60,126 bases of DNA, from positions 1 through 60,126 of the forward strand of contig CAYUBI010000002.1 in NCBI GenBank assembly GCA_964443005.1, given 5' to 3'. Positions 24,366-33,597 of this stretch are shown here, in pieces (within the stretch, counting starts at the first letter, position 1; each line of letters starts with the position of its first letter). Source of the stretch: an uncultured Candidatus Marinamargulisbacteria bacterium (lineage in GTDB: Bacteria > Margulisbacteria > Riflemargulisbacteria > GWF2-35-9 > CAYUBI01). Both the position numbers and the translations under genes were made by a program. Under the pieces are notes generated by a model, which had not been told where the DNA came from, did not search any database, and was given only the letters and a program-made list of their open reading frames with translations.

Positions 24366-26705
24366 ATGGTAAAGGTTATTCATACTGTTGATGGAAAAGA
24401 ACGCAAATCAACACAAATGTTATTACAGGAAATTTACGCAGCAATAGAGGCTGGAGAACGAACTTTCGAAATTTTTGCAGATGGGCAGCATGATATTGGC
24501 GGCCCGCTGTGGACTATTGATGGAACTGCGTTAGTTTTCAAAGTACATAATCCTGGCCAACGTGTGGGTTCTATGTGTTTGCCTGGTACAACTGTGATTG
24601 TTGAAACGCCCTGCCCTGCTGATGTCGGCTGGTTAAATGCAGGTGGCGAGATTATTGTGAAGGGCGATGGTGGCGATACAACTGGCCATTGTAGTGCTTC
24701 TGGTCATATTTATGTTGGCGGACGTGGTGGAACACGTACTGGCTCTTTAATGAAGTTTGATCCAGCTTATGCACAACCCGAATTATGGGTTCTTAAAAAC
24801 GTAGGATCTTTTTCTTTTGAGTTTATGTCTGGAGGTATTGCTGTAGTTTGCGGGATAGATAGCGATGATTTTGAGTCTGTTTTGGGAGATCGTGCGTGTA
24901 TTGGCATGGTTGGGGGTATGGTTTATTTTCGGGGTGTTGCCAAAAATGTATCTATAAAAGACACGAAAATCCTGGAACTTGATGAAAAAGATATTCAATT
25001 TTTATCTGTGGGGTTAGCTGACTTTTTAAAAAAAATAGAGCGTCCGACCTTAATAAATTCGCTGACAGAATGGAAAAGCTGGAAAAAAATTGTGGCTTTG
25101 TCGTATCAGGAGCGGCCTAAAAAAGTAGCAACGGATATTCGGGCATTTCGAAAGGGTCAGTGGGTTTCCGGTGGTATTTTTGGTGACGTTTATTCTGACA
25201 ATTTAGAACAGGTAGCTGGATTAGTGATGACCCATGCGTTGCGATTACGCGTACCGCAGTGGGATAATTATGTGTATGCAGCTCCTTGTGAAGACACTTG
25301 TCCGGCTGGTATTCCAACGCAAACGCGTTTTAATTTATTGCGCGAAAACAAGAAAGCTGAAGCGTATCGATTGATTTTAGAATATTCTCCCTTTCCTGGT
25401 TCAGTATGTGGCCAAACTTGTCCGAATCCGTGTATGGAAGCTTGTACGCGGTGTGGTGTTGATTTCCCAGCTGATATTGCTGGCTTGGGTCGAGTATCAG
25501 CAGCTGAGACTGTTGATTTAGCAAAGCCCTTAAAAAAATCAGGAAAAAAAGCTGCGATTATTGGTTCTGGCGTTGCTGGATTGTCTGTTGCTTGGCATTT
25601 GGTGCTTCGGGGACATGATGCTGTAGTTTTTGAAGAAGATAGTCGAATTGGCGGAAAATTAGAGCAGGTTATTCCTAGAGGACGGTTGCCACATCAGGTG
25701 CTTGAAAATGAAATTAATCGGTTAAAGGAAATGGGCGTTGTGTTTAAGTGTTCTACAAAAGTGGATCCAGTTTTATTCAAACAAATTAGCAACGATTTTG
25801 ATGCTGTTGTTATTGCGAGTGGCAGTCATATTTCTAAAATGCTTCCAGTTCCTGGTATAGAAAAGATTCTTAAAGGCTTAGATTTTCTTAAAAAAGTCAA
25901 TAAGGGTGAGAAAGTAGTTATTGGGAAACGTGTCATTGTGATAGGTTGCGGAAATTCTGGTATGGATGTAGCTGTTGGTGCGTATCAAATGGGTGCTGAA
26001 GTCGTCACATGTATTGATGTTCAAGCACCTGCAGCTTTTGAAAAAGAAATTGAGCATGTGCAAGCATTAGGTGGAAAATTATTATGGCCGATTTATACGG
26101 AAAAAGTGACAGCTGAAGGCCTTGTAACTAAGGACGGACAATTAATTCCTGGGGATACTATTATTATAGCGATTGGCGAAAATCCAAAATTGGATTATGT
26201 TGAAAATGGGATTCAGTTTAATCGAGGGTGTGTGGTTGTTGATAATAGTGGGCGTGTTGTGTTGGAATCAGGTGAAGTTGGGCATCAACTATATGCTGCA
26301 GGAGATGTTGTTAAGCCTGGACGATTAGTTGATGCTATTGGTTCCGGGCGAAACCTTGCGTTGCACTTAAATGCACTTTTTTGGGGTGTGCCTTATCAGC
26401 CTTCTGGAAAAAAACGGATTCCTGCAAAAAAATTGCATTCAGCTTATTTTAGACATTTTCATGTAGATGATTTACCTCAACCTGAGGAAGATTATCTTCG
26501 GTGTGTCAGCTGTGGAACATGTAGAGACTGTCAAATGTGTTTAATGTCCTGTCCGCAAGAAGCAATTAGTCGGGTTGTTGATCCAAAAGATAAAACATAT
26601 CAATATGTCGCAGATCCCAAGCGTTGTATTGGGTGTGGAATTTGTGAAGGAGTTTGTCCTAGCGGAATTTGGGCTATGTATGTAAATGAAGCTTCATTAT
26701 CTTGA
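24366..26705 (+). CDS. Glutamate synthase GXGXG (alpha-subunit C-terminal) domain fused to a GltD-like FAD/NAD(P)H oxidoreductase and a C-terminal 2x[4Fe-4S] domain
   Basis: GDGGDTTGHCSASGHIYVGGRGGTRTG gives the GXGXG repeats. AAIIGSGVAGLS and VIVIGCGNSGMDVA are dinucleotide folds. CVSCGTCRDCQMC and CIGCGICEGVCP are cluster motifs. I preferred the start at 24366 (AAGGAAA Shine-Dalgarno sequence). The alternative ATG at 24345 overlaps the upstream stop. Confidence 0.85.
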   Translation: MVKVIHTVDGKERKSTQMLLQEIYAAIEAGERTFEIFADGQHDIGGPLWTIDGTALVFKVHNPGQRVGSMCLPGTTVIVETPCPADVGWLNAGGEIIVKGDGGDTTGHCSASGHIYVGGRGGTRTGSLMKFDPAYAQPELWVLKNVGSFSFEFMSGGIAVVCGIDSDDFESVLGDRACIGMVGGMVYFRGVAKNVSIKDTKILELDEKDIQFLSVGLADFLKKIERPTLINSLTEWKSWKKIVALSYQERPKKVATDIRAFRKGQWVSGGIFGDVYSDNLEQVAGLVMTHALRLRVPQWDNYVYAAPCEDTCPAGIPTQTRFNLLRENKKAEAYRLILEYSPFPGSVCGQTCPNPCMEACTRCGVDFPADIAGLGRVSAAETVDLAKPLKKSGKKAAIIGSGVAGLSVAWHLVLRGHDAVVFEEDSRIGGKLEQVIPRGRLPHQVLENEINRLKEMGVVFKCSTKVDPVLFKQISNDFDAVVIASGSHISKMLPVPGIEKILKGLDFLKKVNKGEKVVIGKRVIVIGCGNSGMDVAVGAYQMGAEVVTCIDVQAPAAFEKEIEHVQALGGKLLWPIYTEKVTAEGLVTKDGQLIPGDTIIIAIGENPKLDYVENGIQFNRGCVVVDNSGRVVLESGEVGHQLYAAGDVVKPGRLVDAIGSGRNLALHLNALFWGVPYQPSGKKRIPAKKLHSAYFRHFHVDDLPQPEEDYLRCVSCGTCRDCQMCLMSCPQEAISRVVDPKDKTYQYVADPKRCIGCGICEGVCPSGIWAMYVNEASLS

Positions 26706-27378
26706 ACATGTTCCCTTTGAAGATCTCAGCAATATAGCTGTTTGGGCGAATAGTAAAAATATACCTGTTAGTCGAACTCGGCTTTATGCAGGGGAGCAGC
26801 TTCCTTCCCTAAATGCGTTTGATATGTTGTGTATTATGGGTGGGCCCATGAATATTTATGAAGACTCCACGTATCCTTGGTTGATAGCAGAAAAAGTGTT
26901 TATTTTAGAAGCCATTTCCGCAAAAAAAAAGGTGATTGGAATTTGTTTAGGTGCGCAGCTGATTGCAGATGTTTTGGGCGGCAAAGTTACACGAAATATA
27001 GAACCTGAAATTGGTTGGTTTCCTGTATGGAAAGCTTTGCAGGGTAATGCTTCGAAATTGTTTCCCATGTTTCCTTCTGAGCTTGTTGCTTTTCATTGGC
27101 ATGGCGATACTTTTTCTCTTCCTCCCCATTGCGTAAAATTGGCTTATAGCGAAGCTTGTGAAAATCAGGCTTTTTCGTATCATGATCATGTTGTAGGTTT
27201 GCAGTTTCATTTGGAGTATTCAGCAGTGAGTATTGAAAGCATGTTACTGAATTGTTCCTGTGAATTAATCGAGTGTCCTTATGTTCAGCAACAAGATGCA
27301 ATTTTGGCTGGGCTCGAAAATTGTAACCAAACGTACAAAATTTTAGCGGAATTATTTGACAGTCTAGCAGGTTATTAA
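26686..27378 (+). CDS. Class-I (triad) glutamine amidotransferase, GuaA-GATase-like standalone protein
   Basis: VIGICLGAQLIA carries the nucleophile Cys, WHGDTF is present, and GLQFHLE gives the His/Glu pair. The gene overlaps the end of the upstream gene by 20 nt. Confidence 0.8.
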   Translation: MKLHYLEHVPFEDLSNIAVWANSKNIPVSRTRLYAGEQLPSLNAFDMLCIMGGPMNIYEDSTYPWLIAEKVFILEAISAKKKVIGICLGAQLIADVLGGKVTRNIEPEIGWFPVWKALQGNASKLFPMFPSELVAFHWHGDTFSLPPHCVKLAYSEACENQAFSYHDHVVGLQFHLEYSAVSIESMLLNCSCELIECPYVQQQDAILAGLENCNQTYKILAELFDSLAGY

Positions 27379-27396
27379 CTTTTTTGACGGATGAAA

Positions 27397-28662
27397 TTAA
27401 ACAATAATTCCTGTCATTAAGTTTTCAGGTGTGACGCTAGCAATTTTTATTTTGATGAGTTGATTGGTTAAGGCAGCAGTTGATTCAATTGTTACGCGTT
27501 GATAATGAGGCGTGAGACCTGATAGTTTTTCGTGCATAGTTGCTTCAACAAGAATTTCAGTAATTGAACCAATATATTGAGTTAGAAAACGTGTTTGTAA
27601 TTCTGTTGCTTGAGCTAGGAGTTGCTTGACCCGACGCTTTTTTACTGATTCTGTTATTTGGTCCGAAAATCGCGCAGCAGCAGTGCCTGTTCGTGGCGAA
27701 TATCCAAACACGTGAAGTTGCGAAAACCCGCATTGAGCAACAAATTTAAGCGTATCTAAAAACTCGTTATCAGTCTCATTTGGGAATCCCGCAATAATAT
27801 CTGTAGTTAGTGCAATTCCTGGAATAGCTTGACGTAATTGATTGATAATGGAGGCATATTGTTCTGTTGAATAGTTGCGGTTCATTCGTTTAAGAACTTT
27901 GTTTGAACCAGATTGCAAGGGAAGGTGAAGGTGCGGCATAATAATAGGAAGATTTTGGAGGCAGTTGATCAGTTCAGGTGTGATGGCAGATAGTTCGATT
28001 GAGCTAAGTCGAAGGCGCATTAGGCCGGAAATTTTTGCCAATTCTGTAAGAACATCAATTAGGTTTTTGTTGGCATTTGTATACATTCCAACATTAATAC
28101 CTGTTACTACAATTTCTTTGGTACCCTTAGCAACAGATTCTTTAGCTTCAGATATAATATCTGAAAATAATCGGGATACCGGTGCTCCCCGAACATACGG
28201 GACTATGCAATAGGTACAATAACAATCGCATCCGGTTTGAATCAGTAGTTGAGTTCGTGTTCGAGGTTGGGGAACTTTTGTTGACAATTGGGTTGAAATA
28301 TTTTTTGCTTCTTTTTGGAGAAAAGCATTTTTTGATAGAAAAGAAATAACCTCTTGCAGATTCATGACCTTCAGTCCCCACAATTGAAATGCCAGAATTT
28401 GATCGTCTGGATTTACTGCGCCACAGCCTGTTAAAATAATGTGTGCATCTGGATTGGTCCGATGTGCTTTGGTCAGCATTTGGCGAGTTTTTTGATCAGC
28501 CACATGGGTAACTGTACATGAATTAATAATATAAATACTTGCAAGGTGCTGAAATGAAACTAGTTCGTATCCTTGAGTCGTTGCAAAGTTGATAATCGTA
28601 GCTGATTCTGCTTGATTAACTTTGCATCCGAGAGTTAGTAGGGCAAGTGTGGGTTGAGTCAT
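27397..28662 (-). CDS. mtaB: tRNA (N6-threonylcarbamoyladenosine) methylthiotransferase MtaB-like radical SAM enzyme
   Basis: N-terminal UPF0004 region TLGCKVNQAES...NSCTVT. Radical SAM motif GCDCYCTYCIVPYVRG. A C-terminal TRAM-like region is present. Confidence 0.8.
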   Translation of the reverse strand: MTQPTLALLTLGCKVNQAESATIINFATTQGYELVSFQHLASIYIINSCTVTHVADQKTRQMLTKAHRTNPDAHIILTGCGAVNPDDQILAFQLWGLKVMNLQEVISFLSKNAFLQKEAKNISTQLSTKVPQPRTRTQLLIQTGCDCYCTYCIVPYVRGAPVSRLFSDIISEAKESVAKGTKEIVVTGINVGMYTNANKNLIDVLTELAKISGLMRLRLSSIELSAITPELINCLQNLPIIMPHLHLPLQSGSNKVLKRMNRNYSTEQYASIINQLRQAIPGIALTTDIIAGFPNETDNEFLDTLKFVAQCGFSQLHVFGYSPRTGTAAARFSDQITESVKKRRVKQLLAQATELQTRFLTQYIGSITEILVEATMHEKLSGLTPHYQRVTIESTAALTNQLIKIKIASVTPENLMTGIIV

Positions 28663-28665
28663 AGA

Positions 28666-29646
28666 TTATATGAAAAAATACGCCAATGAAAAGAACAAGC
28701 TTAGAGTTAGGGTGTCAACAATTGCAAGTACTACTGGGCCAGACGCAATTTTTGGATTAATACGTAAAATATAGACGAGTACAGGTATGATCACGCCAAT
28801 TATGCTGGACATGACAACAGAGGATAAAATACTAATTCCCAAAATGATCGCAAGGGTAGATTGGCCTTTCCATAGCCAGGCAATGATCGCCATTAATGAG
28901 CCAATGGCAGTTCCGATGAGTAAAGAGGTAAGAATTTCTTTACGAAGTAGAGTTTTCATGACACGCCAGATTGTTTTTCTATTAACAACATGATGAATTG
29001 TCATTGTCATAGACTGCATACTCACACTTTCAGCTAAGGTTAAATGAACAGGCATAAATAGAGCCAACAAGGTAAAAACAACTAGTCGTTGTTCAAAAAA
29101 GCCTGCGATGAATGCACAGGTCATGCCGCCTAAAACATTCCAAAGCAACCAGGGAAATCGTTCTCGCAAATAAGTCACAGGAGTGCCTTTTCCAAAATGT
29201 AAATGAACACCGACTAGTTGAAAGAGTTCATCAATTTGTTTTTTTTGAAAAGTGACAGATAAATGATCTGCAAATAATGAAATATCTACAGTACCTAATA
29301 GTTTGTTTTTAGCATCAACAACAGGAAGCGCAAGATATTTGTGTAGCGCAAAAAGTTCGCTAACTTCTAAAACTGTTGCCGTATCATAAACTGAGACAAT
29401 ATCTTTTAGCATAATTTCGGATAATTTTGTAGTTGCGTTAGCTACAAGTAGGCTGCGAACAGGTACAACACCGCATAATTTTTTGTCATGATCAATAACA
29501 TAAAAATAAGAAATATGATCTTGGATATGTTGTCTGCGACGAAGTACGGAAAGTACTTCTTGAATCGTGAGGTGATGATTCAATTGGATGAGTTCTTTTT
29601 TAATATATGGCAGAATAGGTTGATTTAATTCTTTTCGTTTGAGCAT
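28666..29646 (-). CDS. mgtE: MgtE-family magnesium transporter (CBS pair plus MgtE membrane domain, short N-terminus)
   Basis: A CBS pair (YFYVIDHDKKLCGVVPVRSLL; LALPVVDAKNKLLGTVDI) is followed by ERFPWLLWNVLGG...FMPVHLTLAESVSMQSMT and five transmembrane segments. Confidence 0.8.
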   Translation of the reverse strand: MLKRKELNQPILPYIKKELIQLNHHLTIQEVLSVLRRRQHIQDHISYFYVIDHDKKLCGVVPVRSLLVANATTKLSEIMLKDIVSVYDTATVLEVSELFALHKYLALPVVDAKNKLLGTVDISLFADHLSVTFQKKQIDELFQLVGVHLHFGKGTPVTYLRERFPWLLWNVLGGMTCAFIAGFFEQRLVVFTLLALFMPVHLTLAESVSMQSMTMTIHHVVNRKTIWRVMKTLLRKEILTSLLIGTAIGSLMAIIAWLWKGQSTLAIILGISILSSVVMSSIIGVIIPVLVYILRINPKIASGPVVLAIVDTLTLSLFFSLAYFFI

Positions 29647-29658
29647 TGGGTTAGTGTA

Positions 29659-30744
29659 TCATAGAAACACGGAATTGTTGAACCATGTTGAAAATTCATG
29701 ATTGTTTTTGTGTGAAAATCCGTAAACTGATTGCCAAACATCTGCGTTTTCCATACAGAGATATGTAAATTGTTTTGAATGATAGGTCTTCATCGTATTT
29801 CGGAGATGACGAAATAAACGTTCGCGTAATGAGCGAACATAGCGAATTTTCTGATCATCACCTATGATAGTTTCTTGTAAAATCATGTGTTTATTTGTTG
29901 CTTGTTTTAATAATTGAGGTTTTAAATCCTTGGTATAGCGAAGTGCGCCCATTGAAATCCAGATGATGTTTTCTTTTGAAATATAGGAATAAAGCAGTTT
30001 AATAGTATTGGCGTAGTCATTTTCCCATTTTGGATATGCAACAATAGGATCAAAATGAAACGCGAGTTTGTATCCGTGTTTTTGTACTTGTTGGGCTGCC
30101 TAGAGTCGCTGAATAAGACTGGGAAGGCCGGGTTCCAGAGCATTAATGACAGTTTGTGGATTTAAAGACCAGGAAACAACGCTATTACGGGATGCAGGAA
30201 TTAAGAGAAGATTTGCGATGTTGAGCGATTTTGTTTTTAACTCAAGGAGAATATTTGGAAGCGTGCGAAAGGTATTAATTAAAAGTTGGCTGTGGTTTGT
30301 TACAGGGTCAAGTACGAGTGAATCCGTAAATTCGCCAGTTCCGATTCGGCGCTGGCGTGTATCTAACAACTGGCTGATTTCGAGAACGCGTTCAGGAAGG
30401 TTAACGAAAATTGTTAGAAATGGCGTAGTCATGTACGTTTGTAAATAGCAATAAGCACAATTAAATTGACAATTAAGGCCGCTATTTAAAATTTCATATC
30501 CGCAACACAGGTAATGATGTGTGCCTGGGCATGGTTTTAAAATGTCGCCTTTTAGACTGGTAAGTAGCACAATTTTTTTACCTTTATAAAATGCGTTGGG
30601 TTGATTGTTAAATGCATGCGTAGCCTTGCTAATATCATCAATATACGTAACAGGAATTTCAGGCTTAAAGCGTGCGAGAATGACCGGTGTTTCCGGATGA
30701 TTTTCAATGGTTTGATCAACCCAAATTGCAGAAATTGTTAGCAT
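29659..30744 (-). pseudogene. Spore photoproduct lyase-like radical SAM enzyme interrupted by one in-frame TAG (30100-30102)
   Basis: ORFs 30100-30744 and 29659-29952 are in the same frame (both end coordinates are divisible by 3). Translation through the TAG reads ...PSLIQRL*AAQQVQKHGYKLAFHFDPIVAYPKWENDY...IWISMGALRYTKDL... and is continuous with the SPL family. The radical SAM motif is CQFNCAYC. Confidence 0.7.
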
Positions 30745-30748
30745 TGCG

Positions 30749-31699
30749 TTAGAGTATGTTCAAAAGTGCATCAAGTTCGGGAGAAGAAAATAAATGATCA
30801 AGCGTTTGTTTGATTTCACATTTTTGTTCAGGATGTGAGAGCCATAGAGTTAAGCATATTTTTTTTTGTTCAAAATTGGATGCATAGTCTAGATGAACGT
30901 TATGAGTCGCTAATAGTTGGAGATGTTGCTTAAGTTTTGCTTGTTGTGCTGCAATTTCTGGATATCGATGACTAAATAATGCAGCTTTCATTTTTTTGGA
31001 TTGTTCGGAAGTATCGAGTTCGTGATTGTGAAGAATTGTAAAAAAGGGTTTGTTTGCAAGAAGTTCAGTTAAGGATAGTTGGTCGCTAGTCATGATATCA
31101 AGCATTAATTCCAGGAACGTGGTTGCTTGGTTGACATTTAGTTTGAGTTGATCAATTATTGAAAGAATAACGAGAACATCTTTAGGCTTAAACTCTTGTA
31201 TTTGTGGAATTAATTTGAGGTAATGTGGCTGGGTTATGATTTTTTCTTGGATGATTTTCGGCAGATTGATTAGTTCTGCATATTTTTCAAAATTTGCAAA
31301 AGTAGATGCCAGTTTAAGTGTAGGGAAAAAGTTATTTTGAATATCAGAAATTGAATAATGGAGTTGTTTTTGCGCAACAAAAATTAATTGGCTGATTTCA
31401 AGCGGATTAACTAATCGAAAAGAGGCATTTTCCATTAGTTGGGATTGAATTGCAGTTTCTGCAGTTAACTCGTTAGAAACATTGATTATCATGTGCGTTA
31501 CCTTTAGGTGTTGAGTTGCATGAAAGCGCTTGAACCCAGATGCAAGTGTGAGTTTGTTGTTGTAAATTATTGCTGTTGGAGCATTGATAATGCCTACAGT
31601 TTTGATAGACTCAATGATTGGACTATGAAGTGTCGCATTCCAGCACGAGGTGTTGAGTGTTGTAGCGTCAATATCTGTTAATAAGATTGTTTTGTGCAT
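30749..31699 (-). CDS. ParB/Srx-fold N-terminal domain protein with a degenerate arginine patch; function unknown
   Basis: ILLTDID...IIESIKTVGIINAPTAIIYNNKLTLASGFKRFHATQHLKVTHMIINV...LMENASFRLVNPLEISQ follows the ParB-N layout. However, GFKRFHA replaces the GERRxRA motif. Confidence 0.45.
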   Translation of the reverse strand: MHKTILLTDIDATTLNTSCWNATLHSPIIESIKTVGIINAPTAIIYNNKLTLASGFKRFHATQHLKVTHMIINVSNELTAETAIQSQLMENASFRLVNPLEISQLIFVAQKQLHYSISDIQNNFFPTLKLASTFANFEKYAELINLPKIIQEKIITQPHYLKLIPQIQEFKPKDVLVILSIIDQLKLNVNQATTFLELMLDIMTSDQLSLTELLANKPFFTILHNHELDTSEQSKKMKAALFSHRYPEIAAQQAKLKQHLQLLATHNVHLDYASNFEQKKICLTLWLSHPEQKCEIKQTLDHLFSSPELDALLNIL

Positions 31700-32603
31700 A
31701 ACGATATCTCCAGTATGTCCATATATAGCTTAGCCAGGTTTTCCATGCATGACGTTTTTTAGCGCCTATACAAAGAATTTTACTTTTTTTAATAATTGTA
31801 GCATAAACTGCAGTGCGTTGTTCATGATTTAATGGGTGATTGCATAGTTTTTTTAGGGAATATATTCGAAATCGGTCCATGCCCCAAAATTGATGAGAGA
31901 GTTGATCTGCATGGCCTCCAGTTTTGTGAATCAGGGGTTCGTCTACCAGGTGAATTGGGTAGTGTAACGCAATGCGAAGCCATAAATCATAGTCTTCGCA
32001 CGCTAGCATGGTTTCGTCAAAAAGTCCGACGTGATCTAAAATTGAACGACGCAGCATAGTTGCTGAAGGTGAAACTATGCACAGCTCGATAGAGGCCAAA
32101 AAAATATTACCTGAGAGCTTTGTGTGTTTTTTCATTGGATTAACTTGTTTTGAATTTCGAATCCAAATTTCTTGGGTTTGACAAATGTCCCATTTGTTTA
32201 AAATCATCGCGTTGATTTGGCGTTCGATCTTTGTAGGTAACCAAATATCATCACTATCTAGAAATGCAATGAATTGGGCTTTTGTATTTTGAATGCCAGT
32301 ATTTCGTGCTGCAGATACGCCGCGATGAGGCTGTTGATAAACTCTGATTTTTTGTGGATAAGTGTGTTGATAATGTCGCAATAACATGGGGGTATCATCT
32401 GTTGACCCATCGTCAATACAAATGATTTCGAGGTTCTCAAAGGTTTGCGCAAGCACTGATTCAAGACTTGAAGCCATTTTTTGTGCGCGGTTAAATACGG
32501 GTATTATCACAGCAACGCTTACCAATGTTTCAGCTTGTGGATAGGTTGTGGATAAGTTAGTCAATATCGAGCAATACGGGTTGTTGAAAGGCTTGCCCTT
32601 CAT
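31668..32603 (-). CDS. Family 2 glycosyltransferase
   Basis: [44 protein letters not shown] and FLDSDD are GT2 signatures. The start is uncertain: the long ORF (to 32729) would overlap ruvB by 173 nt. ATG 32603, TTG 32564 and TTG 32525 are the alternatives. Confidence 0.8.
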   Translation of the reverse strand: MKGKPFNNPYCSILTNLSTTYPQAETLVSVAVIIPVFNRAQKMASSLESVLAQTFENLEIICIDDGSTDDTPMLLRHYQHTYPQKIRVYQQPHRGVSAARNTGIQNTKAQFIAFLDSDDIWLPTKIERQINAMILNKWDICQTQEIWIRNSKQVNPMKKHTKLSGNIFLASIELCIVSPSATMLRRSILDHVGLFDETMLACEDYDLWLRIALHYPIHLVDEPLIHKTGGHADQLSHQFWGMDRFRIYSLKKLCNHPLNHEQRTAVYATIIKKSKILCIGAKKRHAWKTWLSYIWTYWRYRYAQNNLINRY

Positions 32604-33594
32604 ATCGAAAACCCAGGTGTTCATAGGCAAGGCGCGTTGGAATTCGGCCTCTAGGCGTTCGGTCCAAAAATCCGATTTGAAGTAAATAGGGTTCAACAAC
32701 ATCTTCGATTGTATTGCTATCTTCTGCAAGAGTTGCAGCCAATGTGTCCAGTCCTACTGGGCGGCCATTATATTTTTCAATCATAATTGTCAGCAATTGG
32801 CGATCTAATTCATCAAGGCCTAGAGGATCAATGTCTAAAGCAGATAAAGCAGCAAGTGCTGCAGCTTGGGTGATGATATTGTTCCCATGAATTTGGGCCC
32901 AGTCACGGGTTCGTTTGAGCAGGCGATTGGTAATTCGTGGAGTTCCACGGGATCGTTGTGCAATTGTACTAGCGCCTTCTTTATCCAGTGTAACCTTTAA
33001 TATTTTTGCTGAATGAAGGAGGATTTCTTCTAATTCGGCGTGTGTATAAAATTCAAGGCGTCCGATAAATCCAAACCGATCACGTAGGGGCGAGGACAAG
33101 AGGCCTGCTTTTGTTGTTGCGCCAATGAGTGTGAATTTGGCAATATCAAGGCGGATGGAGCGTGCAGATGGACCTTTTCCAATGATAATATCTAAGACAA
33201 AATCTTCCATACATGGATATAAAACTTCTTCAACTGAGCGATTTAGCCGATGGATTTCGTCAATAAATAGAATATCTCCATTTTCAAGGTTTGTTAAAAT
33301 TGCAGCTAGATCTCCAGGTCGTTCAATGGCTGGACCTGATGTTATTTTAATATGAACACCCATTTCATTGGCAATAATATGCGATAAAGTAGTTTTTCCT
33401 AGACCTGGCGGGCCATATAACAAAATATGATCAATGCATTCATGGCGTTGTTTTGCAGCTTTCATCAGTAGCTCAAGATTGCTTTTTATTTTTTGTTGGC
33501 CAATATATTCTTTAAGTAGCTTGGGGCGTAGCGATGTTTCTTGAACATCATTTTCGCGATCAATGTGAGAGGTGATCAGTCGTTCATTTTCCAT
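32557..33594 (-). CDS. ruvB: Holliday junction branch migration helicase RuvB
   Basis: [12 protein letters not shown], Walker [13 protein letters not shown], Walker [10 protein letters not shown], and the full-length RuvB pattern through the C-terminal winged helix. Confidence 0.95.
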   Translation of the reverse strand: MENERLITSHIDRENDVQETSLRPKLLKEYIGQQKIKSNLELLMKAAKQRHECIDHILLYGPPGLGKTTLSHIIANEMGVHIKITSGPAIERPGDLAAILTNLENGDILFIDEIHRLNRSVEEVLYPCMEDFVLDIIIGKGPSARSIRLDIAKFTLIGATTKAGLLSSPLRDRFGFIGRLEFYTHAELEEILLHSAKILKVTLDKEGASTIAQRSRGTPRITNRLLKRTRDWAQIHGNNIITQAAALAALSALDIDPLGLDELDRQLLTIMIEKYNGRPVGLDTLAATLAEDSNTIEDVVEPYLLQIGFLDRTPRGRIPTRLAYEHLGFRYEGQAFQQPVLLDID

Positions 33595-33597
33595 TAT

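Noticed and set aside
26856-27301. Three minus-strand ORFs (70-104 aa) within the class-I amidotransferase gene.
   Set aside because: They are antisense shadows. The plus-strand frame carries the catalytic Cys/His/Glu motifs.
30100-30102. The idea that the in-frame TAG reflects genome-wide stop-codon reassignment.
   Set aside because: TAG clearly terminates at least four other well-delimited genes in this window (9635-9637, 20428-20430, 21274-21276, 21498-21500). A local nonsense mutation, a sequencing error or site-specific read-through is more plausible.
32536-32555. Two DnaA-box-like 9-mers 11 nt apart: TGTGGATAG at 32536-32544 and a perfect TGTGGATAA at 32547-32555, just downstream of the ruvB stop.
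   Set aside because: A perfect 9-mer is expected about 0.5 times by chance in 60 kb on both strands. The site is inside or at the edge of coding sequence, 10 kb from the parAB/mnmG block, with no AT-rich unwinding element or further boxes. I kept it only as a hint that the GT2 gene may start downstream of it.
31668-32729. The full-length 353-aa version of the glycosyltransferase ORF.
   Set aside because: The first ~40-68 codons overlap the 3' end of ruvB by up to 173 nt. GT2 enzymes normally begin a few residues before the V-S-V-x-I-P-x-x-N strand, so a downstream start was preferred, though it remains unresolved.
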